This document shows, piece after piece, positions 47,922 to 57,576 of a stretch of DNA of 64,000 nucleotides. Position 1 is the first letter of the stretch; each line of letters begins with the position of its first letter. Source of the stretch: a virus; IMG/VR virus record IMGVR_UViG_3300050029_000114, positions 1-64,000 of that record. The stretch is one strand, 5' to 3'. The position numbers and the translations under genes were made by a program. Under the pieces are notes generated by a model. That model was given only the letters and a program-made list of their open reading frames with translations, made no database searches and was not told the origin of the DNA.

Positions 47922-47969
47922 GCGTATCCTTTCGGCTAGGAATCGCCCGAACTATAGCGCGCTAGTGGT

Positions 47970-48845
47970 CTAGTTAGCTCCGGCGCGTCGCACCCGGCGG
48001 TGTAGGTCCGGGCTCATCACGCTCGCCCGGCGCCGCAAGTTGTGCGGGTTAACGCTCGACAGGAACAGGTCCGTCAGGTAGAGGCCCGTCCGGCCCTTAT
48101 CCAAGAACGCCCACGGATCGAGAACGATAGCCGTCACGCCCTGGCGGGTGATCTGCGTCACCCGTTGCGGCAACCGGCATTTCCCCACCATCGACGGCGT
48201 GAGAGCGAGAGCCAGTTCGCAAGCAATCTCGGCGCACGCCCGCACTCCGCTCCGGGGCGGCATCTGCCCGTAGTTGACCACGACCTCCCACGTCAACGGC
48301 TGCGACGAATCCAAGTCCATGCGCTGGTAAGCGGGCCACCCCGGGTTCTGGCCTGTCTTGGGGTCGGCCAGCCGCACCAGCCAGCGGTTGTCGTCCACCC
48401 GGTATGTCGACGGGTCGACGGTCACCCCGTCGATCGTCATCGACTGGACAGAGGACACCGGATAGACGCCCAACGTGACCTCGTACACGGGCGCTGTCGC
48501 CGGGCCGCCCCGCTCCTCGGTGTTCACCCCCGAGTAGATCATCGCAGCGTTGAATCCCTGCAAGCCGCCCGTGAAATACCCGAACGGCCACAACGGGTAG
48601 ATCGGGCGCCCGTGATCACGGGTCAACGACCGGGGGTATGGGCGCACCACGTCCTGGCAGGAACCGGCCCACCGCTGCCCGGATAGCTCGAACAGGATGT
48701 CGCTCGCGGCCTGGAGGCAGTCCTCCATGAGTGCCAGGTCGAACGAAACGTTCGAGCACGGCTCGCAGATGTCGTCGGGGCCCGCCCACGGCGAACAGGT
48801 GCCAGCGCATGGCACTCCGGCCCCGGTTTGGACTACGAAAGACAC
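47970..48845 (-). CDS. Head-to-tail adaptor
   Basis: ASDILFELSG.RW.G.C; CRLPQRVTQITRQGV...GRTGL...D.F...NP. Confidence 0.75.
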   Translation of the reverse strand: MSFVVQTGAGVPCAGTCSPWAGPDDICEPCSNVSFDLALMEDCLQAASDILFELSGQRWAGSCQDVVRPYPRSLTRDHGRPIYPLWPFGYFTGGLQGFNAAMIYSGVNTEERGGPATAPVYEVTLGVYPVSSVQSMTIDGVTVDPSTYRVDDNRWLVRLADPKTGQNPGWPAYQRMDLDSSQPLTWEVVVNYGQMPPRSGVRACAEIACELALALTPSMVGKCRLPQRVTQITRQGVTAIVLDPWAFLDKGRTGLYLTDLFLSSVNPHNLRRRASVMSPDLHRRVRRAGAN

Positions 48846-48876
48846 GGCGGCTCCTCTCGCCCCCGATAGTACGGGC

Positions 48877-51141
48877 TCACCGGCATACCAGGGCGTGACC
48901 TTCCCGGCAGGCTCGGGTGGTCGGGGCGATGATCGTGCATCCCCGCTGCGAGGGCAACGGGAACGGGGCCGGGAATACCTCCTCGATCCGCGTCATCGTG
49001 TCGATCAGTTTGAGCGCGTCGGTGAGGGTCCGCCGGTAGGTGGCGGTCTGCACTGCGATGTCGGCCAGGTCGGCTAGCTGGTCGTCGTCGGTGATCGTAT
49101 GCGTCTCGGTGATCGGGTGCTGGTCGGTCAGCCCTATCGTGTCGGTCAGCGCCCGGGTGATTGCCCGGCCGATGGGGTCCGTGAGGGTCAGCGGGTCGGC
49201 GGCAGCGTGTATCTCCGTGAGGGTCAGCGGGTCGGAGAGGCCCAGCGGGTTCGTCTGCGGCCGTGCTGCGGCCTGTGCGGCCACAGCCGGGTCGGTCAGC
49301 CCTTCGGCCTCGATGGTCGCCCGGATCGCGTGTTGGGCTAGGTTCGCCTGGTCGGTAAGACCCTCGGGCTCGGTCAGCGGCCTGACCGCGGCCTGTGCGG
49401 CCACCTTCGGGTCGGTCAGGCCCTCGGCCTCGGCGATCGCACGGCTGGAGGCGGTCGCCTGAACGAGCGGGTCGGCTAGCGATTCCCGGTCGGTGAACAG
49501 GTCGACCCCGGCCCCGGACCGGTTGATCAGGTCGAGCAGGCCCAGCGACTCGGTGACTACCCGGATATACGGGACCGCCTGGGAGCGCGGGTCCGTCAGG
49601 CCGACCGTCTCCGTCAGCGTCCGGGTAACGGCGCGCGCCGCGATCGCGTCGGTCAGGCCCTCCGGGTCCGTAGCGGGGCGGCTGGCGGCCTGGGCAGGCA
49701 CCCTGGGGTCGGGCAGGCCCTCCGGGTCCGTGAGGGCCCTCGCTGCGGCCTGGGCAGCCACCCTGGGGTCGCTGATGCCCTCGGCGTCGGCAATCGCCCG
49801 GATCATCGTCTGGACGGAAGCCTCGGCGTCCGTCAGCCCCAACGCCTCCACCAGTGTCCGGGTCAGGGTCCGCAGCGCCGTGTCTGTCAGACCCTCGGCG
49901 TCTGTGGGCGCCTGGGCGGCCGAGAGGGCCTGGCCGAGAGCTAGCGCCGAACTCTGCCCTGGCGGCAAACCGAGGGACACGAACCCTAGCCGCGATTGGG
50001 CGGTCCCCAGCGTCCCGTCCGCAGTGTTCGTCCCGACCCGCACATCGGCCAGCCCGATCACGTCGAAGAAGATGCCCCGGCTCGTCTGATTCGCCAGGCT
50101 GTCGGTGATGCCCTCGGCGTCCGTGAACGTCCGGCTGTACGACCACTGCCAGCCGGTATCGTTCCCGCCGTTCGTGGCGTTGGCGCTCGCCTGCCACGTC
50201 GCCCCGCCCGTCGCGTTGCTATCGGTCAGGGAGACGTAGTTGGCGGTGAATGTCCCCGAAGCCTTCGAGAGCGTCCACTGTGACCCGGGGGAGGAGGAGA
50301 CGAACGTGTAGTGGTGGGCCGAACCGGAGCCCTCCGTGAACGTGGTCACCGTTTGGGTGGTCCCGGCTGTCCACGTCACCGTTGTCGTCCCGCCCGTGAA
50401 GGCCAGGGATGCGAACGTGTTGGAGCCGCTGATCGTGACGTTCGTCGCGGCGATGGTGACAGCGTTGTAGGTGAGCCCGCCCCCGGCGAACGTCGTCGGG
50501 GCGGCAATGGCCGCGAACGAGATTGTGGAGGTCCCGGCGCTGAACGTGAGCCCGGTCGCCGCCGCGCTCCACGCCACGCTCCCGCCGTTCGTGATCGTGA
50601 TAGTCGAGGACCCGAGGGTAAGACTCCGGGTGAACCCGGAGTCGACCTGGAAGGTCCCGACACTGATCGGCTGGCTACCGGTATCGAGCGCCCCGCGGAT
50701 CACTTGGAAGGACCCGGACAACGCGATAGTGATCCCCGAGGAAAGCAGCCAGGAACCGCCCGCCCCGTTGAACTTGGTCGTCCCGAGGTTGTGGCCCCCG
50801 GTGTCAATCGTTAGCTGGGTGGCGGCCGTCGATGCGAAAGTGATCGCCGACGTATTGACGTTCCCGAGGGTGTACGTCCACCCGGTCGACGGGAACAGCA
50901 GGGCGAGTGTCCCGTTCGCCGTGCTCGTCCCGATCGTCAGTGTCACCCCCGCCGTGTGGGTGACCGTGCTCGTGTAGCCGGTCAGGTCGATGCTGCGGCA
51001 GACAGCCCCGGCATCGACCGTCAGCGCCCCCGAGGTCCCGGTCGCCACCACGTCGTCGGCGGCGGTCGGGGCGAAGCCCTCGACCCATGTCCCGGCGGAT
51101 GACCATGCCCCGCCTCCGTTAGCGATCGTGCGGGTCGCCAT
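48877..51141 (-). CDS. Thr/Gly-rich virion fibre protein with C-terminal ~19-aa repeats
   Basis: N-terminal beta-solenoid-like T/G/S segment; repeated R.LTD.EGLTD units. Confidence 0.7.
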   Translation of the reverse strand: MATRTIANGGGAWSSAGTWVEGFAPTAADDVVATGTSGALTVDAGAVCRSIDLTGYTSTVTHTAGVTLTIGTSTANGTLALLFPSTGWTYTLGNVNTSAITFASTAATQLTIDTGGHNLGTTKFNGAGGSWLLSSGITIALSGSFQVIRGALDTGSQPISVGTFQVDSGFTRSLTLGSSTITITNGGSVAWSAAATGLTFSAGTSTISFAAIAAPTTFAGGGLTYNAVTIAATNVTISGSNTFASLAFTGGTTTVTWTAGTTQTVTTFTEGSGSAHHYTFVSSSPGSQWTLSKASGTFTANYVSLTDSNATGGATWQASANATNGGNDTGWQWSYSRTFTDAEGITDSLANQTSRGIFFDVIGLADVRVGTNTADGTLGTAQSRLGFVSLGLPPGQSSALALGQALSAAQAPTDAEGLTDTALRTLTRTLVEALGLTDAEASVQTMIRAIADAEGISDPRVAAQAAARALTDPEGLPDPRVPAQAASRPATDPEGLTDAIAARAVTRTLTETVGLTDPRSQAVPYIRVVTESLGLLDLINRSGAGVDLFTDRESLADPLVQATASSRAIAEAEGLTDPKVAAQAAVRPLTEPEGLTDQANLAQHAIRATIEAEGLTDPAVAAQAAARPQTNPLGLSDPLTLTEIHAAADPLTLTDPIGRAITRALTDTIGLTDQHPITETHTITDDDQLADLADIAVQTATYRRTLTDALKLIDTMTRIEEVFPAPFPLPSQRGCTIIAPTTRACREGHALVCR

Positions 51142-51164
51142 CGCTTACCGCCGGGCCGCGGCGA

Positions 51165-51386
51165 TCAGCCGGGCGGGACGGCCCCTTCGATGACGGCGGC
51201 CGGAAGCTCGCCGGTTATCTGGAAGATCGCTAGGTGTAGCTCCTCGATCTGCGCCTGAAGCATCGCGACGGCTTCGTCCTTCCAGTCCGGCTCGTCTGTC
51301 TCGTCCGCTTCCACGAACCGGGCGATGGCCGCGGACTTCGAGTTGTGGGTCCGGATGAGTAGCTGGTTTACGTCGTCCTTGGTCAT
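51165..51386 (-). CDS. Hypothetical protein
   Basis: MTKDDVNQLL..., coupled ATG at 51386. Confidence 0.5.
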   Translation of the reverse strand: MTKDDVNQLLIRTHNSKSAAIARFVEADETDEPDWKDEAVAMLQAQIEELHLAIFQITGELPAAVIEGAVPPG

Positions 51387-53755
51387 TACGAGGGAGTGTA
51401 CGTGCTCGTCGTGAGGTCGTGCTGTAGGCCGGTCACTGCGCCCTGCATGATCCCGACGGCCGACGGGATCACCGCGACGGTGAACGTCTCGCCCGAGGCT
51501 GAAGTCACGCAATCCTTGTTGACCGTCGCCGTCAGCCCGTCGTCGCTGACCGCGATGATCTGCGTGCCCGCCGGTATCTTCCCGCTCTGCGCAGTGACCA
51601 CGGCGTTGAGCATTTGTTTGCGGAACGAGAAGTTGGCGACCGCGGTCGTGACGAAGAGGGTCCGGGCGGAGGATATGCCGGTAGTCCCGTTGCCCCCGAC
51701 CGTCTTGATATTGGCGGCGGCCGTCGCGATATGGAGTTGGTTTTTGGAGAGGAATACCCGATCCAATCCTTGGAGCACGATCGGGTTTACCGGCTGGACG
51801 ACGCTCTTAACGCCATCCACGTTCCCTACGATCTGATAGTCGTAGCGGACGACCCCGGGATGCTGGACCTGATCCGCCCCGAGGATCATATCTAACGGGC
51901 AGGCGCCGTCCGGGGTCGCCGTCGAGTTGTTGTGGTTGATCTTCACATGATCATTGATCGGCGCTCCTCCCCGCATTCCGATACAGGGCGAGGCTCCGTG
52001 GGCCCCGAAGCTGTTATCCAGAATGTAGGTGTCGAGGTTCCCGGGGTCGGCGTTCGGCTCGAAGTCGATGTGGTAGCTGCTCTGATTCCACATGAAGTTA
52101 CTGATCACATGATTGTGATAGCAGTGGGTCCCTAGGATCGCCCCCTGGGCGTTACCCGTGAACCCGCATTGCTGGACGATGAGCCCGGTCGTCGGGCGCA
52201 TATAGGCCGCGCTGGTGAGCCAAGACGAGAAGTTCATCGCGTCGGACGGCGAGTTAGCCATCCGGCAGTTGAAGTGGCGGGGGTCCTTGCAGGCTTGCAC
52301 AGAGAACAGATGCTGGCCCTGGACGGCGTTCGTCGATGGCCCGTTGTGGTAGACCCCGCCGAAGAACACGTCGGGCAGGACGCATTGGAGCCCGGAGAGG
52401 TTCACGGCGGCTGCCGGGCTCGCCGCGTTCGCCAATGTCAGCGTGTGTCCGTCGGTACTGATCGAGGAGATGGTGACCTTCCCTCCGGCGAAGAACGGGG
52501 AGAGCAGGACCGGGTTGTTCGGTGGCGCTGCGTTCGTGGCGGGGAGCGCGCACCAAGGCGGCATCGTCGTGGAGATGGTCAGGTTGTTCGTCCCGGATGC
52601 GGTTGCCAGCATCTTGATCTGCGGGTTCCCGCCGACACAGGAAAGGGTGAAGCTGTTGACCCCGACCGTCCCTACGTAGGCGTTCGTTGAAATGTTGATC
52701 TTCTGACCGCTAGCCGAGTTAGTCGCCAGCACGTCGATCTGCGTGGTCGGGGAGGAGGACAGGGAGAACGTCCCGCCCGTCACAGTCCCGACGAACGTGT
52801 TGGATGGGATGTACGGCCCCATCACCAGCCGGTAGACCCCGGCGTCGCCGGAGAGGATCGCTGCGTCCGTGATGGTCTTGCTCCCCGAGGACATCGAGCA
52901 GCCGGAGTCAGTCCGGTTGAACGCGGCCGGGATGCCCGTCCCGACGACGCTCCGGTAGGCGGTGTCATCGCCAGCCAGGATCGAGTTGTCCGTCACGGTC
53001 GCCGAGCCGCTGGTCGTGGTGCAGCTATCGGTTCGGTAGTTCGGGGTGCCAACCCCGCCGCTTGTCAGGGTCGTGGCGCCGTTGTTGATTGCGCCGTCCT
53101 CGATAGTCAGGTTCGTGAAGCTCCCGTAGAACTGTGCGTTCTGCCATTGGACATCGCGGCATTCAAGCTCGTTGACGATGTCTCGTTTCAGGAGCGGCGC
53201 CCCGCCCGTGAAGGCCGGGTCCATGAAGGCGTTGTTGCCCGACGTGTAGCTGTTGAACTGGCAGCCGACTCCGCCCTCCCGGCCGGTACCGGAGACGCCC
53301 GGCGCTCCGCCGCTCATGTTGCCGAGGGTCGTCGCTCCGCCCTCGAACCGAATGTTGTCTCGGTAGAGGAGGAACATCTGCCCGTCTACCCGGAGCTTGG
53401 TTGTCGCGCCCAACGTGACGAGCGTGTTATCGAGCAGGGTCGTCGTGTACCACTTGTAGAGCCCGTAGGAGGAGGCTTTCACGCCGGTCAGGTCGATAGG
53501 TCCGCGGAGCTTCAACGTGACAGACCCGTTCCCGGCGTGAGCGGCGTTCGAGTTTTGGGTCGCGAGGGCGTGCGTCGAATCGATAATCGACATGATCTGC
53601 GTGTTAGCGGGCCAGTCCCCGGTTAGCCCGAGCCCGATATCGTCGCTGGTCAGGTTCGCTCCGGTCACCGTGAGGGTGTTATCGGTGCCGGTAGTGGTAG
53701 CGGTCGCGAATGTCTCGTCCGCTCCGACGCTGGTTGTGAGGGTGAGAAGGTTCAC
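51386..53755 (-). CDS. Tail spike / beta-helix (pectin-lyase-like) protein
   Basis: 789 aa, T/S/N-rich; IDFEPN and parallel beta-helix-like repeats; internal repeated RTDS.C..TSGS.T.TD domains. Confidence 0.6.
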   Translation of the reverse strand: MNLLTLTTSVGADETFATATTTGTDNTLTVTGANLTSDDIGLGLTGDWPANTQIMSIIDSTHALATQNSNAAHAGNGSVTLKLRGPIDLTGVKASSYGLYKWYTTTLLDNTLVTLGATTKLRVDGQMFLLYRDNIRFEGGATTLGNMSGGAPGVSGTGREGGVGCQFNSYTSGNNAFMDPAFTGGAPLLKRDIVNELECRDVQWQNAQFYGSFTNLTIEDGAINNGATTLTSGGVGTPNYRTDSCTTTSGSATVTDNSILAGDDTAYRSVVGTGIPAAFNRTDSGCSMSSGSKTITDAAILSGDAGVYRLVMGPYIPSNTFVGTVTGGTFSLSSSPTTQIDVLATNSASGQKINISTNAYVGTVGVNSFTLSCVGGNPQIKMLATASGTNNLTISTTMPPWCALPATNAAPPNNPVLLSPFFAGGKVTISSISTDGHTLTLANAASPAAAVNLSGLQCVLPDVFFGGVYHNGPSTNAVQGQHLFSVQACKDPRHFNCRMANSPSDAMNFSSWLTSAAYMRPTTGLIVQQCGFTGNAQGAILGTHCYHNHVISNFMWNQSSYHIDFEPNADPGNLDTYILDNSFGAHGASPCIGMRGGAPINDHVKINHNNSTATPDGACPLDMILGADQVQHPGVVRYDYQIVGNVDGVKSVVQPVNPIVLQGLDRVFLSKNQLHIATAAANIKTVGGNGTTGISSARTLFVTTAVANFSFRKQMLNAVVTAQSGKIPAGTQIIAVSDDGLTATVNKDCVTSASGETFTVAVIPSAVGIMQGAVTGLQHDLTTSTYTPS

Positions 53756-54462
53756 GAAATCACCTGATAGAGAAGGTCGATGAGAATGTTCGGCTGGGGG
53801 AAGCGGAGCCCGATATCGAACCCGTTGACGGTGACGTTCAACGGGACCGGGATCGCGTCCGCGGTGGCCTCGTTCAACGGCTCAAAGGAGAGAGTCGGCG
53901 GGACCGGATGGGGGACCGCGAACGTGACCGTTGCCATCGTCGGGGTCGCGGCCCCGGTCGCGCTGGGCCGGTAGGCGGTCGGGTTCCCGCCGGTAGTGAA
54001 CTTGACCTCTCCCCGCACATCGTTCCCGGCTATCACCGGGCCGGGGACTCCGGGCGCGTTCCCGAGCGCGCCACCCGCCGCGATGGTCGCGGCGGTCCCG
54101 GTTCCGGTCAGATGGGTGAGAGGGAACACCTGTAGGCCGCCCAACGTGAGAACACAGACGAGGAGGTCCCCGAGGGCGTGAGCTTTCACCGGGCTTCCCT
54201 CGATCCCCCGGGTCACGGAGACATGAGAGGCGTCCGGCGGCTGGCCGACCATCACGTACTCCGGTTGGGTATCCGGCGGGGAGAGCGGGGAGATAGCGGC
54301 CCGGTACTGGCTGACCCCCGCGACCGGCTGCGGGAGCGGGAGCCCGGAGGAGACGACCTGCCATGTTTCCACGGTGCCCGGAGCAGGCGCGGCGGCCCAC
54401 GGTTGGGCTGTGCCCGCCAGCGTGGTAAGTGCCGCGTTGGCGAACAGGTCGAGAACGCCCAT
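53752..54462 (-). CDS. Virion structural protein
   Basis: FAN.A.TTL, E...V...VTRG.EG...AH..G motif of tail-associated proteins. Confidence 0.6.
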   Translation of the reverse strand: MGVLDLFANAALTTLAGTAQPWAAAPAPGTVETWQVVSSGLPLPQPVAGVSQYRAAISPLSPPDTQPEYVMVGQPPDASHVSVTRGIEGSPVKAHALGDLLVCVLTLGGLQVFPLTHLTGTGTAATIAAGGALGNAPGVPGPVIAGNDVRGEVKFTTGGNPTAYRPSATGAATPTMATVTFAVPHPVPPTLSFEPLNEATADAIPVPLNVTVNGFDIGLRFPQPNILIDLLYQVIS

Positions 54463-54465
54463 CGG

Positions 54466-54717
54466 TTAGCCGCTAGGCCAGTGAGCCGGGTCCGGTCCTT
54501 TTTCGACTCCCTCGCCCGGATCGAACTCCGGTTCCGGCTGGCGGTTCTCCACCGGCCAGTGAGCCTCGTCCGGTCCCTTTACGCCTCCGGCGCCCTCCGT
54601 GACCTCTACGGGCCCGCTAGGGGCCTCCCCGGTCAGGGTGGCCGCGTCGACGGTAGCCACATCTGGGGAACCGATGGTCACGACAACCTCGTCGCTGATC
54701 CCGCTGCCGTCGCTCAC
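54466..54717 (-). CDS. Small acidic protein
   Basis: Duplicated GV.(K)GPD.AHWP unit. Confidence 0.5.
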   Translation of the reverse strand: MSDGSGISDEVVVTIGSPDVATVDAATLTGEAPSGPVEVTEGAGGVKGPDEAHWPVENRQPEPEFDPGEGVEKGPDPAHWPSG

Positions 54718-54732
54718 GTCAGGCCCCCAAAC

Positions 54733-55326
54733 CTAAAGCCAGGCGCGCTCCAGATAGGCGACAGCCCGCTTCGCTACCGCTGGGTCGTCTCCCATAAATC
54801 CGATCGCACGATTGCATGGTCCGCACAGTAGCGCCCTCACTTTCCCGCTCCGGTGACAATGGTCGATATCTAGCGGTCGATCCGTCCGTAGGCAGATCGG
54901 GCACTCGCCCTGCTGGGCGTCGACCAACGCCTGGTATTCCTCGGCGGTCAGTCCTCGCCTGCGGAGCCGGGCATTGAGTCGTACCTGTACCCGATTCGCC
55001 GCGCTCCAGCGGTTCATGGCTGCCGCGAGGCATGGTCGACAGGTCCGCTTCGGCTGGTCCCGAGTCGTATCCCAACCGAACTCGCCCTCGTCCACGAACT
55101 GCTTGCACGACCCGCACCACCGATATCCCTCCGCTGAGTCCGGCCTCGATGGACGAACGGCACGCAACTCGATCCCGCGTCGCTTCTGATCTGCATGGGC
55201 GGCGCATAACCCGTGGGCATGATTCATTCGATCGCACTCGGGGAAGCTGCACTTCTGCCGTCCTTTAGGTCGCTTCGGTTTGCGAGGGGTCTTTGGTCGA
55301 GCGGCGAACTTCTCGGGTCTTTCCAT
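54733..55326 (-). CDS. Endonuclease VII-family (recombination/homing) endonuclease
   Basis: Q.G.CPIC...L.IDHCH.SGKVRALLC..CN..IG; leaderless TAGAAT-N6-ATG. Confidence 0.9.
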   Translation of the reverse strand: MERPEKFAARPKTPRKPKRPKGRQKCSFPECDRMNHAHGLCAAHADQKRRGIELRAVRPSRPDSAEGYRWCGSCKQFVDEGEFGWDTTRDQPKRTCRPCLAAAMNRWSAANRVQVRLNARLRRRGLTAEEYQALVDAQQGECPICLRTDRPLDIDHCHRSGKVRALLCGPCNRAIGFMGDDPAVAKRAVAYLERAWL

Positions 55327-55367
55327 GCGGCCATTCTAGCCGCTCGTTGTAAGGTGGAACTAGTCGG

Positions 55368-55943
55368 TCAAGCACCCAAAAGCTGGTGGTTCCAGTCGAC
55401 GACCAGGCTGTCCGAGGCGCCCTTGTTCACGACCGGGCTCAGCAACGCCCGGCTGATCGTGTTCGCCGCGGTGCTCGTCGCGTCGGCCAGCGTGTCGTTC
55501 ACGATCACGACCTCGGCCAGCGAGTTGACGGTGACCACTCCGGCCGCCCAAGTCGTCTGCCATTGAATCTGGCGGGACGACCCGGAGAGCGTCGACTTCG
55601 GCCACGTCGCGTCGATCGCCACGTCGGAAGTCGCCGTGTACGTCACGAGGGCGGCCCCGGCGCCCGTCTTGGCGACAGCGGTGTTCCCGATGCCGAGCTT
55701 CATGCACGTCACCTGGCCGGGCGGGGAACCGATACCGGCGGCCCGCTCCCCGTAGTACTGGTCGCCGATCTGCGTGATCAGGTTGCGGAACACCCCAAGT
55801 TCCTTCAGGTGTCCGTCCTCGTCGACCAACCGGAAGAAGCCGTGCCCGGTCAGGCCGACGCCATCGACATTCCCCACGTCCCGGGGCCGGACGCCGAGAA
55901 CCTGGCAGGCCCGGTGGAAGCTGGGAACCTCTATAGCTCGCAT
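55368..55943 (-). CDS. Virion/tail-associated protein
   Basis: NLIT..G...MKLG.G.T; ends DWNHQLLGA. Confidence 0.6.
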   Translation of the reverse strand: MRAIEVPSFHRACQVLGVRPRDVGNVDGVGLTGHGFFRLVDEDGHLKELGVFRNLITQIGDQYYGERAAGIGSPPGQVTCMKLGIGNTAVAKTGAGAALVTYTATSDVAIDATWPKSTLSGSSRQIQWQTTWAAGVVTVNSLAEVVIVNDTLADATSTAANTISRALLSPVVNKGASDSLVVDWNHQLLGA

Positions 55944-55959
55944 GGATTCGACCTTTCGG

Positions 55960-56607
55960 TTAGCTGACGGGTGTGGCCTGGGAACCGCACTGGATGGTCG
56001 GCAGCGTCCTCGTGTACGCGTAGCCGAGGGTGCTCGCGCTGTCCCACAGCCAGTCGCCAGCGGGCCCGTCCTCGAAGTTCGGATTCTCGCTCGTGTAGCC
56101 CTGGAACATGCGGCTCATGTGGTTCACGTCGAACGTCGTCTTGTCTGGCTGCCAGTAAGTCCGGCCCAGGTACCAATGGATGTACGGGTAGAACACGTCG
56201 AGGTCGCCGTTGACGATGTGCTTCGTCCAAAGCTCCATCGAAACCCCGAACGGCGCCCCGATCGCCCCGACCCGCGGTGTGGTCGCCCCGATCGTGAACC
56301 CACCGGCCGTGATCGGCAGGCCGCCCACGAGCATCTGCTCTAGCTCCGGGTCGAGGGTGCATATCTCCAACACGAGGTCGTACCGCTTGAACCGGTCCCG
56401 CTCCTTGTACGTGACGCACAGGCCGCCCCCGGCGTTCATTACCTCGATGTCATTGCCCTTCGTGAAAACGGGCGTGAGGTCGAGCTTCACGAGAGCGTCG
56501 GTCGTGTACATGTTGCCCGCGCCCGGGATCGGCACGCCGTCCTGCTCCAACACGGCGACCCTCGTGGCGACCGCCTCGACGGATGCCCCGCAGTTCTGTT
56601 CGGCCAT
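55960..56607 (-). CDS. Major tail protein
   Basis: Position; N.GG.LCV...L.IC..DPEL...ELWT motif of actinophage major tail proteins. Confidence 0.7.
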   Translation of the reverse strand: MAEQNCGASVEAVATRVAVLEQDGVPIPGAGNMYTTDALVKLDLTPVFTKGNDIEVMNAGGGLCVTYKERDRFKRYDLVLEICTLDPELEQMLVGGLPITAGGFTIGATTPRVGAIGAPFGVSMELWTKHIVNGDLDVFYPYIHWYLGRTYWQPDKTTFDVNHMSRMFQGYTSENPNFEDGPAGDWLWDSASTLGYAYTRTLPTIQCGSQATPVS

Positions 56608-56630
56608 CTATCGACTCCCTTGCTCGATAC

Positions 56631-57524
56631 TCACGAGGCCCCCGGGCTGGAGTAGACCGGCAGAGAAACCTCGACTCCGACGTGGACGCAGTTTGGCACA
56701 GCCACGACCGCCGGGCGGTACGCCCGCCACTCGATCGTGTTCAAGCTCTGCACTATCGCCTGATCCCACGTGTCGGGGACGACCGTGATCGGGCCCAGGT
56801 ACACGGTCGGCATCAGCGTCGCGTAAGCGAACTGCGTCGCCCCTGGCGCCACGCCCTCCGGGCCCTGCCCGGTGTACCCGGCGTCGGGAATGATGACCGT
56901 GCCCATGTACGTCTGAATCTGGCCGGGCACCGTCTTGAACGTGTTGCCTAGCTCCGACCATTTCGATCCAAGCTGCCGGGTGCAGTGGATCGCCCCTCGG
57001 GCCCCGGTGCTGAAGTCGGCGATCGCCTGCTCCAAGATAGCGAGCGCGTCCGCCACTGACGCCGGGGAACCGGAGTTCAAGATGCTGACGCTCGTGTCGT
57101 CCGCCAGGAAGAAGTTAGGCCAACCGCTCGCCTGCGCCTGAGTCCCAAGCCAGAACTCCTTCGCGATCGCCTTGCTCTGCGCCGCCCGCAGCGCCCGGGT
57201 GGCCCGGTCCTGATAGGAATGGGCCTCCCACCCGAACGAACTGCACTTATCTCCCGCCCAAACCTCGAACGGGACCGCGTCGACGATGCCCGGGTTCGCC
57301 GGGGTCGACAAGGTGCCGCCGCCGCACGGGTCCACGATCGCTGTCGCCGTGCACATCTGCTCGGGCAGGTAGCGGACCCCGCCCTCCCAACGAAGCTCCG
57401 CCCCGTCGATGTCGGTCAGTTTCTCCTCGGTAACGAGATACGGGCCCGACAACGACGCCAGCAACCCGACAACGGGCTCCTCCGCCGGAGGGGTACGGAC
57501 TACACCCAGGCCGAATGTCGCCAT
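56631..57524 (-). CDS. Minor capsid / capsid-associated protein
   Basis: Follows the major capsid gene; RWEGGV, PF.V...C, V.DAGY.G motifs. Confidence 0.6.
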   Translation of the reverse strand: MATFGLGVVRTPPAEEPVVGLLASLSGPYLVTEEKLTDIDGAELRWEGGVRYLPEQMCTATAIVDPCGGGTLSTPANPGIVDAVPFEVWAGDKCSSFGWEAHSYQDRATRALRAAQSKAIAKEFWLGTQAQASGWPNFFLADDTSVSILNSGSPASVADALAILEQAIADFSTGARGAIHCTRQLGSKWSELGNTFKTVPGQIQTYMGTVIIPDAGYTGQGPEGVAPGATQFAYATLMPTVYLGPITVVPDTWDQAIVQSLNTIEWRAYRPAVVAVPNCVHVGVEVSLPVYSSPGAS

Positions 57525-57576
57525 CGTCTAGCCCGTACCCTTCCCGCTCGTCGGTTCTTCCCTCAGCCCGGCTCGG

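Noticed and set aside
49000-50130. Regularly spaced gtcggtcag/ccctcggc repeats resembling a CRISPR array
   Set aside because: They are degenerate in-frame coding repeats (R.LTD.EGLTD) of the 48877..51141 protein. There is no invariant repeat and no cas gene.
9934-55326. Group I introns or inteins housing the endonuclease genes
   Set aside because: Flanks are only a few to tens of nucleotides, with no room for an intron core. No intein splice motifs were seen in terminase, helicase or RtcB.
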